Below, piece by piece: positions 25,325 through 38,700 of a stretch of 64,000 nucleotides of DNA (position 1 is the stretch's first letter; each line of letters begins with the position of its first letter). Position numbers and translations under genes: made by a program. This DNA comes from Anaeramoeba ignava BMAN (lineage: Eukaryota > Protista > Anaeramoebae): positions 372,001-436,000 of the forward strand of contig JAPDFW010000067.1 in the NCBI GenBank assembly GCA_028826165.1, written 5' to 3'. Below the pieces are notes generated by a model that saw only the letters and a list, made by a program, of their open reading frames with translations, was not told where the DNA came from and did not search any database.

Positions 25325-28021
25325 ATGAAATCAATTCTTTTCTTTTCCTTTTTCTTTTTCTTAATTATCAATATTTTCTTAATTCAATCAAACCAAAATC
25401 AAAATCAAAAATCAATTCCATCATCATTATTAACAGAAACAACAAGATATTATTCTACTCCAGATGAAGCTTGGATTTGGAATTTATTAAGTAATTATAC
25501 AGGTCCAGGAGATTATTTTGGAAGAAGTGTTTCAATTTATAAAGATGTTCTTGTTATTGGAGCTTATGATGTAAATCAAGCATTTATTTACAGATATAAT
25601 GGAACAAATTTTGAACTTGAACAAACTTTGGATGGACCTTCAGTTTCAGCATTTGGAAGAAGTGTTTCAGTTTATGAGAATGTTACTGTTATTGGAGCTC
25701 TTGCTGAAAATCAAGCATTTATTTACAGATATAATGGAACATATTGGAACGAAGAACAAATTTTGAATGAATCAGCTTTATATTTTGGAAGTCCTGTTTC
25801 AATTCATAAAGATGTTATTGCTATTGGAGCTTCTTCTGTAAATCAAACATTTATTTACAGATATAATGGAACATTTTGGAATCAAGAACAAATTTTGAGT
25901 GAATCAGCTTTATATTTTGGATCTTCTATTTCAATTTATGAGAATGTTACTGTTATTGGAGTTTATGATGAAAATCAAACATTTATTTACAGATATAATG
26001 GATCATTTTGGAATCAAGAACAAATTTTGAGTGAACCTTCAGCTTTATATTTTGGATATTCTGTTTCAATTTATGAGAATGTTACTGCTATTGGAGCTCC
26101 TAATGCATTTGAAGCATTTATTTACAGATATAATGGAACATTTTGGAATGAAGAACAAATTTTGAATGAATCTTCTGTTTCAAGTTTTGGAGATTCTGTT
26201 TCAATTTATGGAGATGTTATTGCTATTGGAGCTCCTTTTTCAAATCAAACATTTATTTACAGATATAATGGAACATTTTGGAATCAAGAAAAAATTTTGA
26301 GTAAATCAGCTTTATATTTTGGATTTTCTGTTTCAATTTATGAGAATTTTACTGCTATTGGAGCTCATGGTGCAGATCAAGTATTTGTTTATGAAGTTAG
26401 TTTAATTCCACAAGTTAATATTGTTAATTGTTCATCTTCATTTTTATCATTTGATTGTTATTGGGATAAAATTGAATTTCCTACAACTTTGGAATATCAA
26501 ATTAATTATGGATATGACTGGATTGATATTGATTCTCCAATTCTTGAAGATGAGAATGTTTATTATCAACAATTCAATTCTTCAATTTATGATAATATTA
26601 CTGGAAATGAATATTATTCAATTCAAATCAAAGCTTGTGATAATGAATCAATGATATGTGGTGAATCTTCTTCTTTGATTAATTTAACAACAAAAATTGA
26701 TTCTGTAAAAGATTTCCAATTATCAAATCCTTCAAACAATTCAATTAATGTTACTTGGAATTATCCAAATGTTCAAATCAATGAAGGAATTGCTCATCTT
26801 GATCATTATAATCTTTCTTATCTCATTCAATCTCAACCTGATTTAATATCTTTCATTTCAGTTGATAATTCTTCACTTGATTATCTTTTGAATAATTTAG
26901 AATGTGAAAATGATTATAATATTTCAATTTGTGGATGTAGAACACAAGAATGTGAAGGAGATGATAAAGGAGAAATTGTTGAATCATTATTTCCATTAAT
27001 ATTTGGAGAAGTTACAAATTTTTCATGTTCAATTCAATATTCATTAGATATTAATTGTAATTGGAATCAACCAATTAATTGTTCAATTCCATTTTATTAT
27101 AATTTAACTTATCAATCAATTTCTCAAAATGATTCTGGAAATTATCAACCAACTTCAACAAATCAACAATTCACAGTTCAATTACCAAATCAAGAATATC
27201 AAATCAATATTTCAGCATGTAATTCAAATGGAAAATGTGGATATATTTCATCAATTTCAATTACAACTGATAATTTAACAATATCTCCAATAATTTATGA
27301 AACAATTTCCAAAATTGAAGAAATTGAATTTAATTTTACAAAATTAACAAATGCAAATAATTATTCAATTTCACTTAATAATGGAACAAATTGGGAAAAA
27401 TTCACATCTCTTAATTTAAGTGGAAATGAAGTTATTGGAATAATAAGTGAAATATCAGGAAATATTGAATATAATATTTCAATTCGAGGATGTGTTGATT
27501 TAAATTGTGAAACACCATATTTAGGAGAACCTAGTTCAATTATTTCAACAAGAGCTAAATTAGGAGATATTACTTCATTAATTTGTTATGCAATAATTAA
27601 TGGATTTATTTGTAGTTGGGATCCATTAATTTTATCAAGTGGATTAAAAGCTTATTCATTTAGATACAATTTAATATCAATTTGTTTACCAGATTTAAGA
27701 ACTTATTATTCAGTTCCAGGATTACAAGGAGGAGAATATTATGAAATTTCAGTTTATTCATCAGCTAATGAAACTTGTTATTATGATCCAAATTCAGGAA
27801 TTGAATCAATAATTTCAGTTACAACTTTATCCCAAACTAAAGAAACAAATGATAATTCCAAAGGCACAATAATCATTTTAGCAGTACTTCTTCCAGTTGT
27901 TGTTATTGCAGCACTTATTTTTTTCATAATTTTGATTAAGAAACAGAAAAATAGTATCAAAAAGAATTATCAAAAAGAGAAAAAGAACTTGAAAAATCAG
28001 GGAGGAATTGAAATGATTTGA
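25325..28021 (+). CDS. FG-GAP propeller/FN3/TM surface protein, copy 2
   Basis: ATG 25325, signal MKSILFFSFFFFLIINIFLIQS, seven ~40-aa blades, stalk near-identical to copy 1, TM IIILAVLLPVVVIAALIFFIILI. Confidence 0.85.
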   Translation: MKSILFFSFFFFLIINIFLIQSNQNQNQKSIPSSLLTETTRYYSTPDEAWIWNLLSNYTGPGDYFGRSVSIYKDVLVIGAYDVNQAFIYRYNGTNFELEQTLDGPSVSAFGRSVSVYENVTVIGALAENQAFIYRYNGTYWNEEQILNESALYFGSPVSIHKDVIAIGASSVNQTFIYRYNGTFWNQEQILSESALYFGSSISIYENVTVIGVYDENQTFIYRYNGSFWNQEQILSEPSALYFGYSVSIYENVTAIGAPNAFEAFIYRYNGTFWNEEQILNESSVSSFGDSVSIYGDVIAIGAPFSNQTFIYRYNGTFWNQEKILSKSALYFGFSVSIYENFTAIGAHGADQVFVYEVSLIPQVNIVNCSSSFLSFDCYWDKIEFPTTLEYQINYGYDWIDIDSPILEDENVYYQQFNSSIYDNITGNEYYSIQIKACDNESMICGESSSLINLTTKIDSVKDFQLSNPSNNSINVTWNYPNVQINEGIAHLDHYNLSYLIQSQPDLISFISVDNSSLDYLLNNLECENDYNISICGCRTQECEGDDKGEIVESLFPLIFGEVTNFSCSIQYSLDINCNWNQPINCSIPFYYNLTYQSISQNDSGNYQPTSTNQQFTVQLPNQEYQINISACNSNGKCGYISSISITTDNLTISPIIYETISKIEEIEFNFTKLTNANNYSISLNNGTNWEKFTSLNLSGNEVIGIISEISGNIEYNISIRGCVDLNCETPYLGEPSSIISTRAKLGDITSLICYAIINGFICSWDPLILSSGLKAYSFRYNLISICLPDLRTYYSVPGLQGGEYYEISVYSSANETCYYDPNSGIESIISVTTLSQTKETNDNSKGTIIILAVLLPVVVIAALIFFIILIKKQKNSIKKNYQKEKKNLKNQGGIEMI

Positions 28022-29660
28022 GTCGATTTCTTTTTTTTTTTTCATTTTCAATTCAAAAACAAGAATAATAAAAAATCAATTTCAATTCTCTTTCTTTCTT
28101 TATTTTTATCATTTTAATTTAATTTAATTAAAATCAAATTAAAATGGTTTTTATTTAATCTTCTTTTTCTTTTTCTCTTTTCCTGAAATAAATTGTTCTA
28201 ATTTAAATCTTTCTGGTGATAAATTTATCATTGGTTTTTCAATCAATAAAAATGTAATTATTGAAATAGGATAAACAACTAAAGTAGTTTTTAAAATCAA
28301 AAGAAAACTATTTCTAGTATCAATCCAATCAAATCCAAATTTTTTGATTATATCAACTTCCAAAAGAAAAATAGGAACCAATTCAGTCAAATATAAAGAA
28401 TAAGAAAGATTTGAGAAAGGAATCCAAATTTTTAAAGAAAGAAAATAATTGAAAAAATTTCCAAAAATTCCTGCTTTGTTGATAATAAGTAATATTAATA
28501 AAGAAGCACCTATTGAATTGATAATTCTGTTAAAAGAAAATAATCGAATGATAATTTGTTGAAGAACTGTAATATTTTCTATTTGAATATTTGAAGTATA
28601 ATGAGTTGTTCTGAGAATAAATAAAGATGAAAATAAAATCAATCCAATCAAAAGAATCATTAATCTAAATGGTTTGGATTTCTGACATTTTTCAGGAAAA
28701 GATGTTCTGTATTGAATAAAAGCAGCAAAACACCCAATAAGAATTAATGGGAATCTTGAATGAAATCCAAAATACAAAAACCACAACCCCAAATTTTTTT
28801 GATCAAGAGATTCTGGATGATTGAAAACAAAATTTCCTGTTTCTGGCTCGAAATGAAAAAGTGTGCAAAGTTGCTCATCCCAAGGTTCAGTGTATAAAGG
28901 GTATCTATGGAACTCTGGAACAAAAATCACATACAGCAAATAGAAAATCAAAGCAATCACAAATATCTTTATCAATAATTTTGTGGAATCTTTTCCTGTT
29001 TTCATCATTTGATTTTTAATGTAAAGAAGAATAAAATATGTTTTCATTTCAGTTGCAACAGACCAAGAATGAGCAACAGGTGTATATTCATTCCATAGTT
29101 GCATATCATTCAGAAAAAACATTGTCAACAAGATTTGAGGGATTCCTGCTTTAAGATCATTAAGAGCAACCAATTCAAGAATTTTCAATAAAATGAAAAA
29201 ATAGATCAAAGGATAAAGTCTTAGAAATCTTCTGATCAAAAAATTGGTGAGATATCTCAATCTTATTCTTAAATCCAAATTTTGAATTGTATTCCCCTTT
29301 AATTCAGAAAGAAATCTTGAATAAACCAAAAATCCAGAAAGAATAAAAAAGATATCAACTGAAGAATCTCCCATTAAAATTATTTTTAGAATTGGATTTG
29401 GGAGAACTCTACTTAAAATTCCATGTTCACTTAGCCAAAGATAGATAATTATATTATGGAATGTGAAAATCCAGTAAGAAGCAAGTGCTCTAATTCCATC
29501 AAATGCTTGAATATGATTCCTTGAAGGTCTTGAAAATATTGATTTAAAATTTCTAATTGGATTAAATGCTGAAAAAAATTTCATTAAAATAATCAGATTA
29601 AAACTTGAAAAAATTAAATGAAAAAAAATGAATTTAAACAATTCAAAAAAAATTTGTTTT
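26653..29660. repeat. Left arm of an inverted segmental duplication (partner 60808-64000)
   Basis: Reverse complement of 60808-64000 matches across the acyltransferase, its flanks and the FG-GAP gene stalk; the right arm runs off the window. Confidence 0.85.
28151..29584 (-). CDS. Acyltransferase-3 (OafA/NRF-6-like) multipass membrane O-acyltransferase, copy A
   Basis: FDGIRALA...H, VDIFFILSGFL, RRFLRLYP, HSWSVATE, LSYSLYL, LIEKP. Confidence 0.9.
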   Translation of the reverse strand: MKFFSAFNPIRNFKSIFSRPSRNHIQAFDGIRALASYWIFTFHNIIIYLWLSEHGILSRVLPNPILKIILMGDSSVDIFFILSGFLVYSRFLSELKGNTIQNLDLRIRLRYLTNFLIRRFLRLYPLIYFFILLKILELVALNDLKAGIPQILLTMFFLNDMQLWNEYTPVAHSWSVATEMKTYFILLYIKNQMMKTGKDSTKLLIKIFVIALIFYLLYVIFVPEFHRYPLYTEPWDEQLCTLFHFEPETGNFVFNHPESLDQKNLGLWFLYFGFHSRFPLILIGCFAAFIQYRTSFPEKCQKSKPFRLMILLIGLILFSSLFILRTTHYTSNIQIENITVLQQIIIRLFSFNRIINSIGASLLILLIINKAGIFGNFFNYFLSLKIWIPFSNLSYSLYLTELVPIFLLEVDIIKKFGFDWIDTRNSFLLILKTTLVVYPISIITFLLIEKPMINLSPERFKLEQFISGKEKKKKKIK

Positions 29661-29716
29661 CCTTTTTGTTTTGTTTATAATTTTCATTTCTTATTATAAT
29701 AATAATAATAATAATC

Positions 29717-32700
29717 TCAATTCGCAGAAAATAAAATTTCAGCAAGAAAAAAATCACCATTTCCAGAACCAGCAATCAAATATCTTTGGTCAAAAAGAAA
29801 AGAAAGCGACAAAATTTCTTGATCAGTATTGATTTTGGAAATCAATCGCAAAGTTTCAACCTCTCTAATATCAATAAACCCTTTTCCACCAAGAAACATA
29901 AACTGTGAATTATGCATAACAGAAAAAGAATAAACAGAATCAAGAGAAGATAACTGGCGAATAAGCCTTCCATTGATATTCAATAAAGAAATTTTGATTC
30001 CGTTCTGTGAAAGAAATACAATATCGCCATTTCTTGTTATTTTCAACAAAGAGATTTGCGAACTTTCCTTCTCATGGAAAGTGAAAAGATGCTTTCCTTT
30101 AAATAGAGTATGTGCAATAATATTGCCGCTATTGGATCCACTGATAACAATATCCAAATTAACATCCAAACCAACACTTGTGACTTCGTCTTCGTGCTCA
30201 AAAAAACTGTGAAGAGGAGTTTCGTTGAAATGCTGGATATCCTTGCATTCCCACACAGAAACAGATCCCTCTTGCGATCCTGTAACAAGATAGTTTTTCA
30301 TATAAGCAATGCAAGTGACAATCCCTTTATTTGCGGAAATACTTTGCGAGATTCGAGAATTTTCCAAGTTGATAACCACAAAGCTTGAGTCGGAAAGCCC
30401 GCAACAAAACGCAAACTTTCCCAAGTCATCCACCTGAAAGCATTGCGGGTATTTTTTGAGATCAATCCCAAAAGTTCGATCTAATATGAATTGTGATGAT
30501 ATTGAGAATTCCGTTTTGAGTACTGATTTTTCATATTTTAATTGTGTGGCCAAGTTGGTATAATATAGATCATGAACTCTTATTCTGCGTTCTGAGCTGA
30601 ACGTGAAAATCTTGCAGAATTTGGCAAGGAAAAACACATTCTCATGATATTCAACTCCTTTTAAAAATAAAATGGGATAATCCTCGATTTTTCCTTTGTG
30701 ACCGCGCAACGTGATTGGTTGGTATTTTAATTGGATACTTAAAAACGGATTTCCGATCTGAGAAAGTTGCAGTCTTTTTGGATGCGGTTTTTTGAAAAGT
30801 TTCTTGGGTATTTGACCAAGAGCTTTGATTTGCATCTCTGTGATCTGGATCTGCTGCTTATCTAGCTTTGAAAAATCAGCAGAATTCCCATATATTAAAG
30901 GATAAAAAACATTCATCGCCTTCTGCGCCTCGGCTCCTCTCTGTTTGTATCCGAATATCAGGTCAATCCATTCGTGGAGATGCGCGGAAACGTATTCCGA
31001 TTCAAGCGCTTGACGGTGAATCCTGATGAAGTCCTTCGGATTCTTTGCCCATCTCGGAAGTTGTGCATCCGGTATTTTCGGTCCTTTTTTATCCGGATAA
31101 GAAGAAGTTATGATGTTGATGTTTTCAAGGAATTCGGGAAAATAAAAAAATTCGGGAATCAGCTCTCGAACATCGTTCTGATTTGTAAGGCAACTTTCCC
31201 ACGCATCCGAAATGCTGTTCACAGCAATTGATTGCGATATTCTTCTTGTTTTCTTGAAAAAAAGTGATGTGAAAGGCTCCATTCGGAAGAGAAAAGAAAG
31301 CACAATCATTGGGTTGGAATAATGCTTTCCGTAGAAAAACGGCTTCATTTTCTTCTTCTTTTTGATTGTTTGGAAAGTTCTCTGGTATTTCTGGGATAAA
31401 TCTGGATTTAGCGCTCCAATCGGTTTTGACAGATCGCGATATATTTTTTCGTCTGATAAATCGATTGCTTCTGATTTGTAATCTGTCAATATCCACGGAA
31501 ACACAGGATATTGCGATAAATCATTGTAACTTCTTCCAGCAAGCGTATTCAACTCCATCAAATATTCAAAGTTACTGATATCTCGATGTCTCCATTTCCG
31601 GAAACTACTCAATTCCTTGATCTTGATTTTCTCAGAAATATTCTCGCTCAGTTTGAGCTGTTTGTGGTTAAGCAAAAAATTCACTACTTTTTCTCGTGAT
31701 TTTGTTGAACCAAATCGCAGAAAACAAGGATGCGATTTTGCAAAGAATACTTCAAGTGAATTGTTCTGATGCAGAAAAGTTCTTCTGTAAATTTTGGAAA
31801 TGTCCGATATTTCCCACAAATTAAGAAGAATCAAAGAATCATTTGAAACCGTTGATGGGAAAGAAATCTCATCTTCATCATTGTCTCCATCTCGGCTTCT
31901 ATTCGTTGTTTGATCACCGCTTTTTGTTGGTGTTATTTGGAAGAGAAGCAAGTATTTCTGTTGAATCGAAAGAAACCCTTGGATTTCGTTTTCCAAAAAA
32001 ATCCAAAAGCAATGAACGATCAAATCATCATCCGATTGCGTTTTTGCCAAGTTGAAAATTCGTTTTTTCTCTTCGTCTGTGTTTATTCTCCTCTTCCTGA
32101 TGATTTTATCGAGAAAAACGAATCTTTGGTTTTCTGAAATGGGATATTTAAATAAATTTTGTTTGATGTCTTCAGACCATTGGATATCTAGGATAAATCT
32201 GCGTCGCATTGAGTCTTCCTTGCTCGATAGTCTGAAGAAGAAAGAAGGGTGTTCTTCTCCAAATTCTTTGTGGTATTTTGTATGGGAATAATGGTATCTT
32301 TTTAGGCGAGTTAAAGGTTGATATTGTTCATAAAGTGACTTGGCAATAAACGGCTTAAAATCTTGGAAAGACGATATAACTTTCTGTTTTTGCTCGAAAT
32401 CCACCGAGAATAATCGTTGTCTCTCCTCCTTGAATATTGGCTCTTGGAATTGCTTGTTGATTTCGTTGATTTGTTGTTCTGTTTCCTTTTCTTCCATTTC
32501 GGAATTTTGAGATAATTCATTTGTCATCACACCAAATATCATTACTTGAGCCTCTAAAAATATTTTTGTGTCTTGGAAATTCTTAATTTCAACCTGCTCT
32601 TTGTACTGCCAAAACGTTTTTTTCATCGCATTCTCGAATCTGCTTTCACTAAGCATCTCACGAAATTCTTGGAGTTGCATTTTGAATATTTTGGATTTTT

Positions 32701-35700
32701 CCCGATTTTTTGGGAATATTTTATCTTTGCCTCTGAAATTCAAAACACGAAACAAAAAATCGTATTCCAGGGCCGTGATATCCCAAATACATTTTGATAG
32801 AATATCGATTTTGGTAGACAAGTTGTCTTTTATTGATTCCTTCAGATTATTTAGGTTGATTTTATAGTTTTCAATTAAGGTTGCATCAATTTCCTCAAAT
32901 TTCCCAAAAATATTATCATCATCATCATCATTATCAGAATCCTCGAATTTGATCTGGTTAACACTATCCATATATGTTTCGGCATTCATCTTTTTGCTCT
33001 TGGGAAATGCTTGATTTTTGTGTATCGGAATTTTATTTTTTTGCAGGAATTTGATTTTTTCTAGTCTTCTGTAATATTTGTACAAATAGCAAAAAGTAAT
33101 GTAATTGAATTCAGAGATGTTTGAAGACAATATCGAATTCTTGACAAATACTTTTGAATAAAGAGACACTACATAATCGCAAATGGTTTGCATTTGCTCA
33201 AGTTTCACTTTTTTCATGTAAGTTAAAAGTAAAATGAGAATGGTTTCATAAAAACTATATGTGATTGTTTTGCTTTGAATATTTGTCAAATTTGAATAAA
33301 TTCCCAAGCGATCCAATAATTCAAATAATTTTAAAACCATATCCAACTCTAAAATTTCCAAAATATCGTATTCTGAATCTTCCTCTTTATACTTATCTCG
33401 GATATTATCATATTCAGTCATAAACCTGTGATCTTTAAATTGCCTCTTTGTGTCAGGCTTGATTTTTTTCGCGCTGAATGAAGAGAATTTTAATAGTTTT
33501 GATTTTTTGGATTTGAGTTGTTTTTGAGTTGCAGTTTTTCTCAGAATATTTTTTTTCTTCGTCGATTTGGTTTCCTTGGCTTCATTTTTATCTTTTTGCG
33601 GATCAAAACTGAAATTTTGTTGGAAAACAAAGCAATAAATTAAATTTACCAGATACGCTAAATTTTTGGAAAAAGAATAATTCACATTTAAATCAACCGA
33701 TGACTTTTCAACCCAGGATATTAACTTCTCAAGAAGATTTGAAATTAGATTAAAAAGAATAAATAGCTGATCCGGCTGCTTTTTAAATAGGAAGCGGATA
33801 AAAAAGAGCATTCTTTCTAATTCGTTTTGGAAAGTGATCTTTGTGTTTTGCACAAAAGAATAAAAATGAACGCAGCAAAAAATATGGAAAACAATCTCCA
33901 TGATTTTCAAACGGATGTTGACAAAGGATTCCATTACCAGATTTTTATTTTCGTTTCGGTCTTCATTTTTCTTCATCACTGAGAACTTGAGCATGAATTC
34001 TGGATGGATTAATCTAAAGAACCAAATATGCCATTTTTTGTCATTAAGAAGCTTCTCTTTGATCATATTCGTTTTTTCGATATTCAATTCGTTTTGGTCA
34101 TCGCTCAATAAAATCAAAAAGGACGAGAATATTTCATACAAAATTTCGTTGTTTTGTGTCTCGCACATTTCGCAGAGACTTTTTAGATAATAAATGTTTT
34201 GAGTATCTTTAGGATTCTTGCAAAATGTATTTTGGAATATTTTGTACAGAAAATTTGATGTTTCGGTGTCAAAAATCTTGTTCGATAATATACTGTAGAT
34301 AACCAAAGAATAATTCATCGTAAATTTGTTTGATTCTTCTTTAATTACGGATTCCGTGCTTTGCAGTGGATAATGAGACTCAAGAATAAGTATCACTTGC
34401 AACAAGCTATTGATCGTGTTGATGCTGTTTGATTGATGGACTAAATATAAGATCACCTCTCTAATTTTCGGTATTTTGGAAAGAATATCTCTGAAAATGA
34501 TATTCTGCGAAATTAAATTGGAAAAACATTTTGTTGTGATTTCGCTAAAATAGATTGTTTTCACAAGATCAAGACTTGAGATGAATGATTTCAAATGCTG
34601 AATTTTCGCCGACTCATTCCTTTCAGTCACTATCACATTCTCGATCAATTTCACAATTTGATTCCCGATTTCGTGAACTTGCTTAGTCGTGAGTTGGATT
34701 TTGTCTGGTTCGTTTTTGTTGGAATCTTGAGTGTTTTTCTGCGAATTTATTGTATTCAGCAGAATGTCGTAGAAATAGAAAATATTCACCAAATCAAAGA
34801 ACACAATTGATAAAAACGATTTCTGTTTCTTTTTGATAAACTCATTTTCATCGATTATTTCTTTGATTTGTTTCTTGAAGTTTTTCTGGGATATTTTCCT
34901 CTCTTTTCTCGGTGTGTTCGGCTCTAAATCAACTTCCGATGTTTCTCCGCTAATAGACGGTCCTTGTGAAGATGAAATTCCAGATGTTTCAGATTTTTCG
35001 TTTGTCAGATTGATGGAAATGTAATCCGAAAGAATTTGAATAAAGGATTTGTGGAAATTGAAGCTGAAATGAGAAAAAATGTTCAAATCAAGAAGAAACT
35101 CGTTTTTCAGAATTCGCAGTGTTTTTTTTTCTGTAGTTAAAAGAAGCAAATTTTTCACAAGAGCAAAAATTTCATTCTCAAATTCTTTAAAAGAGGTGTT
35201 TCTGAATATGTTATTTAAGAACGAGAATCCATGCTTTTTTTTCATATCTTTGCGGAATTCTTTTTGCATGAAAATGGCAACAAATAATTGGCATAATTCA
35301 CCAAATATTTTTATATTCATTTTGTTATCGTTATTATTGTTATTATTGCTATTGTTATTATTATTATTTTCATTTTCATTAAAATCTACACCAATTCCAA
35401 TATCAATATCATTTGCAATTTTAAGAAATCTGTCTTGAATGATCTTGTTGGTATTATTCAGACTAAATTCCTGTTGTTTGTTTGTTTTTTTGATGTGGTA
35501 ACTCAATTCAATAAAAAAAGAAATAAAAGGATGAGAACCTCCAACAGCTACTAAATGTCTCGCTGCTGGAGATAAACAACAAGGAAAAACATCATTAGAT
35601 TTGGCTCCATTTTCTAATTGCACAAAATCATTTTGCTTGGCTAATAACTGACCCTGAATATCTTTTGGATGCAATGCAAAAACCAAACTGAGCATCACGT

Positions 35701-38700
35701 TTTTAAATAATGTCTTTGCAGATGGACCAATATGGTTTGTTTGGGTTTCGTCAAGAAAACAATATGGATAAAGAGCATAAATTGATGAAAGTTCTTTTTC
35801 TGATAAAGATTTTTTGAAAACAAAAACGGGACCAATACTCCCATAAAATGTTCTTTTTTTCTCATCAAACATTTCGGGATTTTTCGCTAAAAATGGATTT
35901 TGTGCACCAACAAAGTTATGAATGAATATTTTTTTGGGCATTTCTGGGCATTTCAATTTGATTGTTTCATTGAATTGATCATTAACAAATAAATTCACTC
36001 TTTCAGAATTTTGAGACGCACTTTTCTGTGTTAAAGCAATAAAATTCCATCCATTTTCGCTAATCATATTTTGTGGGATTATAAAAGTATTTTTTATTAC
36101 TGGTTTGCTTTTGGAATGAATTTTGAATGTAAATGTGATCGTATAATTCGGTTGTTGTTTCATTTCAATTTGATTCAAATCGTTTTCGTCTTGCCTAAAA
36201 TGGATATATAATTGAAAACCTTCTGATTGACTACTTGCAAACCCAAAAATCCTTGGTTTGTAATTTTGGTTGATATGAGAATAAGACGAGAATTTTTCGA
36301 ATTTGAACCAAGTGCAAAATGTAAACTCGAGATTTAATTCTTTCTTGATTTCTGGGAGTTGAATATACGAGTCTTTGGAATAGAAATCAAAAAAATCCAA
36401 ATTTTGGTTTGATTTTCGAGAAAGCAAAGAAGTTAAGCTTTTGGAATAAATAAAAGCAAGTTTTTGGTTAAATTTTTGGAGGTGTTTGGTTAGTAATTTC
36501 ATCTCCGTTTTGAGTTCGTAGGATGTGATCCAAATTGATCCCAAAAGAGAAATAAAAGACAAGATTTTTTCCAAAATTTTTAAATTAGTTATTTTTGGAG
36601 CAAGCTCAAGAACGAAAGTGATTATTCCTCCATAACAACATCGAAGGATATTTTGGATTGATTGTTTGCATATTTTTTGGAATGTCTCGATAATTTCAAG
36701 AAAAATGACTTCGTGTTCAGGAGATTTTGAGATTATAGAAAAAATCAGTTTTAAAAAATCAGGGTTTTCGATTATATATTTGTCTCTAATAGCAAAATCT
36801 TTTCTCATCACCATTTTTATTAGAATTTGGTAAACTGTTCTTGGATTCACATTTTCAGGAAATACACCAATTACATCTACAAAGGCATCAAATCCAATAA
36901 CTTTTTTGAATTTCTCGATATTTTCTGGGTTTTGGTAGATTAGATCAGAGAATAATGTTAGAATGTCAAGGAACAATTTTCCTCTTGATTCTTTCATAAC
37001 TAACAAAGTGACTAAATTTGTGAGTAATTCTATTTCGAAAAAGATTTTTTGAAGAGGTTTTCGATTTTGTTGTATTGCATTTGAGAATAATTTTAAAATC
37101 ATTTTTGTTGGTTTTTCATTTTCATTTAAATTTTGATTTTCATTTTCATTTTCATTTTCATTTTCATTTTCATTTGAATTATTTAAATTTTGATTTTCAT
37201 TTAAATTATTTAAATTTTGATTTTCATTTAAATTTTGATTTTGATTTTGATTTTGATTTAAATTATTTTCATTTTCATTTTCATTTAAAGATTTTCATTT
37301 TCATTTAAATTATTTTCATTTTCATTTAGATTTTCATTTAAATTTTCATTTAAATTATTGATTTTAATTGATGGGAGTGATTTTTCGCGAATAAATATTT
37401 CTGAAATGATTTGATTAAAAAAAGGTAGAATATTCATTTCATGATAATTGTTTGGAATCTTTTTCATCATTTCAGATAAATGATAATGTGCAAATGCTTT
37501 AGTTTTTGGGTAGAAAATCCAGGATAGAAGCATTTCATATGTTTCTGGGTGATTGAATAAACGCAAATGATTTTTCTTATAACATAAGAATACATGGAAA
37601 ATTCCCATAACTTTTGAGAAATATTTATCATTATTTGGAGATGAGGAGAGCAAATGAGAAAGAATAGTTGTGAAAGTTTCAAACCCATTCATTTTAGATA
37701 ATCTATTGATGGCTTTTTTCACGTTCTGGGTAAAAATATAAGACAATATTTTGATCCAAAATGATAATATGGAGAAATTGTCTATATTTTCTGTTGCAAA
37801 ATCGTTTAAATCATAAATGGAAATGGGGCTGTTTAAAATCAATTCTGAAGATATTTTAGTGAGCAATATTGATAAACATTTGCGAGATGAAACAAATTTT
37901 GGATCGTTTTTTGTGTTAAATTGGGGATCGAATAGAAAGTAATTCGAAAGAAAAACTTTCCAAAATAGTTTCGGATAAATAGTTTTCCAGTCATCAGGTT
38001 GGAAATTCTTTTCGAATTCAAACAAAATATAGAATTGAAGAGCAGGATATTCATTGTTCAGTATTTGGAGACTTTTTTTAACTAATGGAGGATCATTCTC
38101 GAATGAAGAGAATATATCAATGTAAATGTAAAAAAATCTCTGAAGAAATGAAGAGACTATTTCTTTTGCTGATAATTTTGGAGTAATTTGACTTTTTTCT
38201 TGATTAATTTCGAATCTTTTTAGTGATTGAGAAATGTAGTTGCCTAATAAAGTTGATTTTTGAGAGAATTCAGTGTTTATAAACAACCGGAACTTTTGGA
38301 ATAATTCATCAATATAAGGTTCAGATGGATATTTGTTTTGGGCTCGATTTTGTTGTTCTTTATTGATAAAATATGATGGTTTAATAAATCCAGATATTTC
38401 TTGTGATCTTGAGAAATCAAAGTTTTCAAGGGAAATTATTTTTTTTGGATGAAGATTTTCTTGAGGTTTTTGAACTAAGAAAATGAATAAATTTAAGAAT
38501 AACAATAAGAAGTTAAAAAAAAAATTAAGTTTTCTTGCAATAAATAAAAACAAAATATACTTTGATTATCATTATTATTGATTTGGTTTGGGTTTCCAGT
38601 CTTTTTTTGATTTTTTTTCTGAATTAAAAAGTTGCTTAATTTAATGAAAGCCCAATGTGCAAATTCTCTTAAATTATGAATCACATTACAATTTGCTGCA

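Noticed and set aside
29973-35438. Many short ORFs overlapping the BEACH gene (likewise 41325-43429)
   Set aside because: Shadow ORFs of long, higher-GC coding sequence with no motifs.
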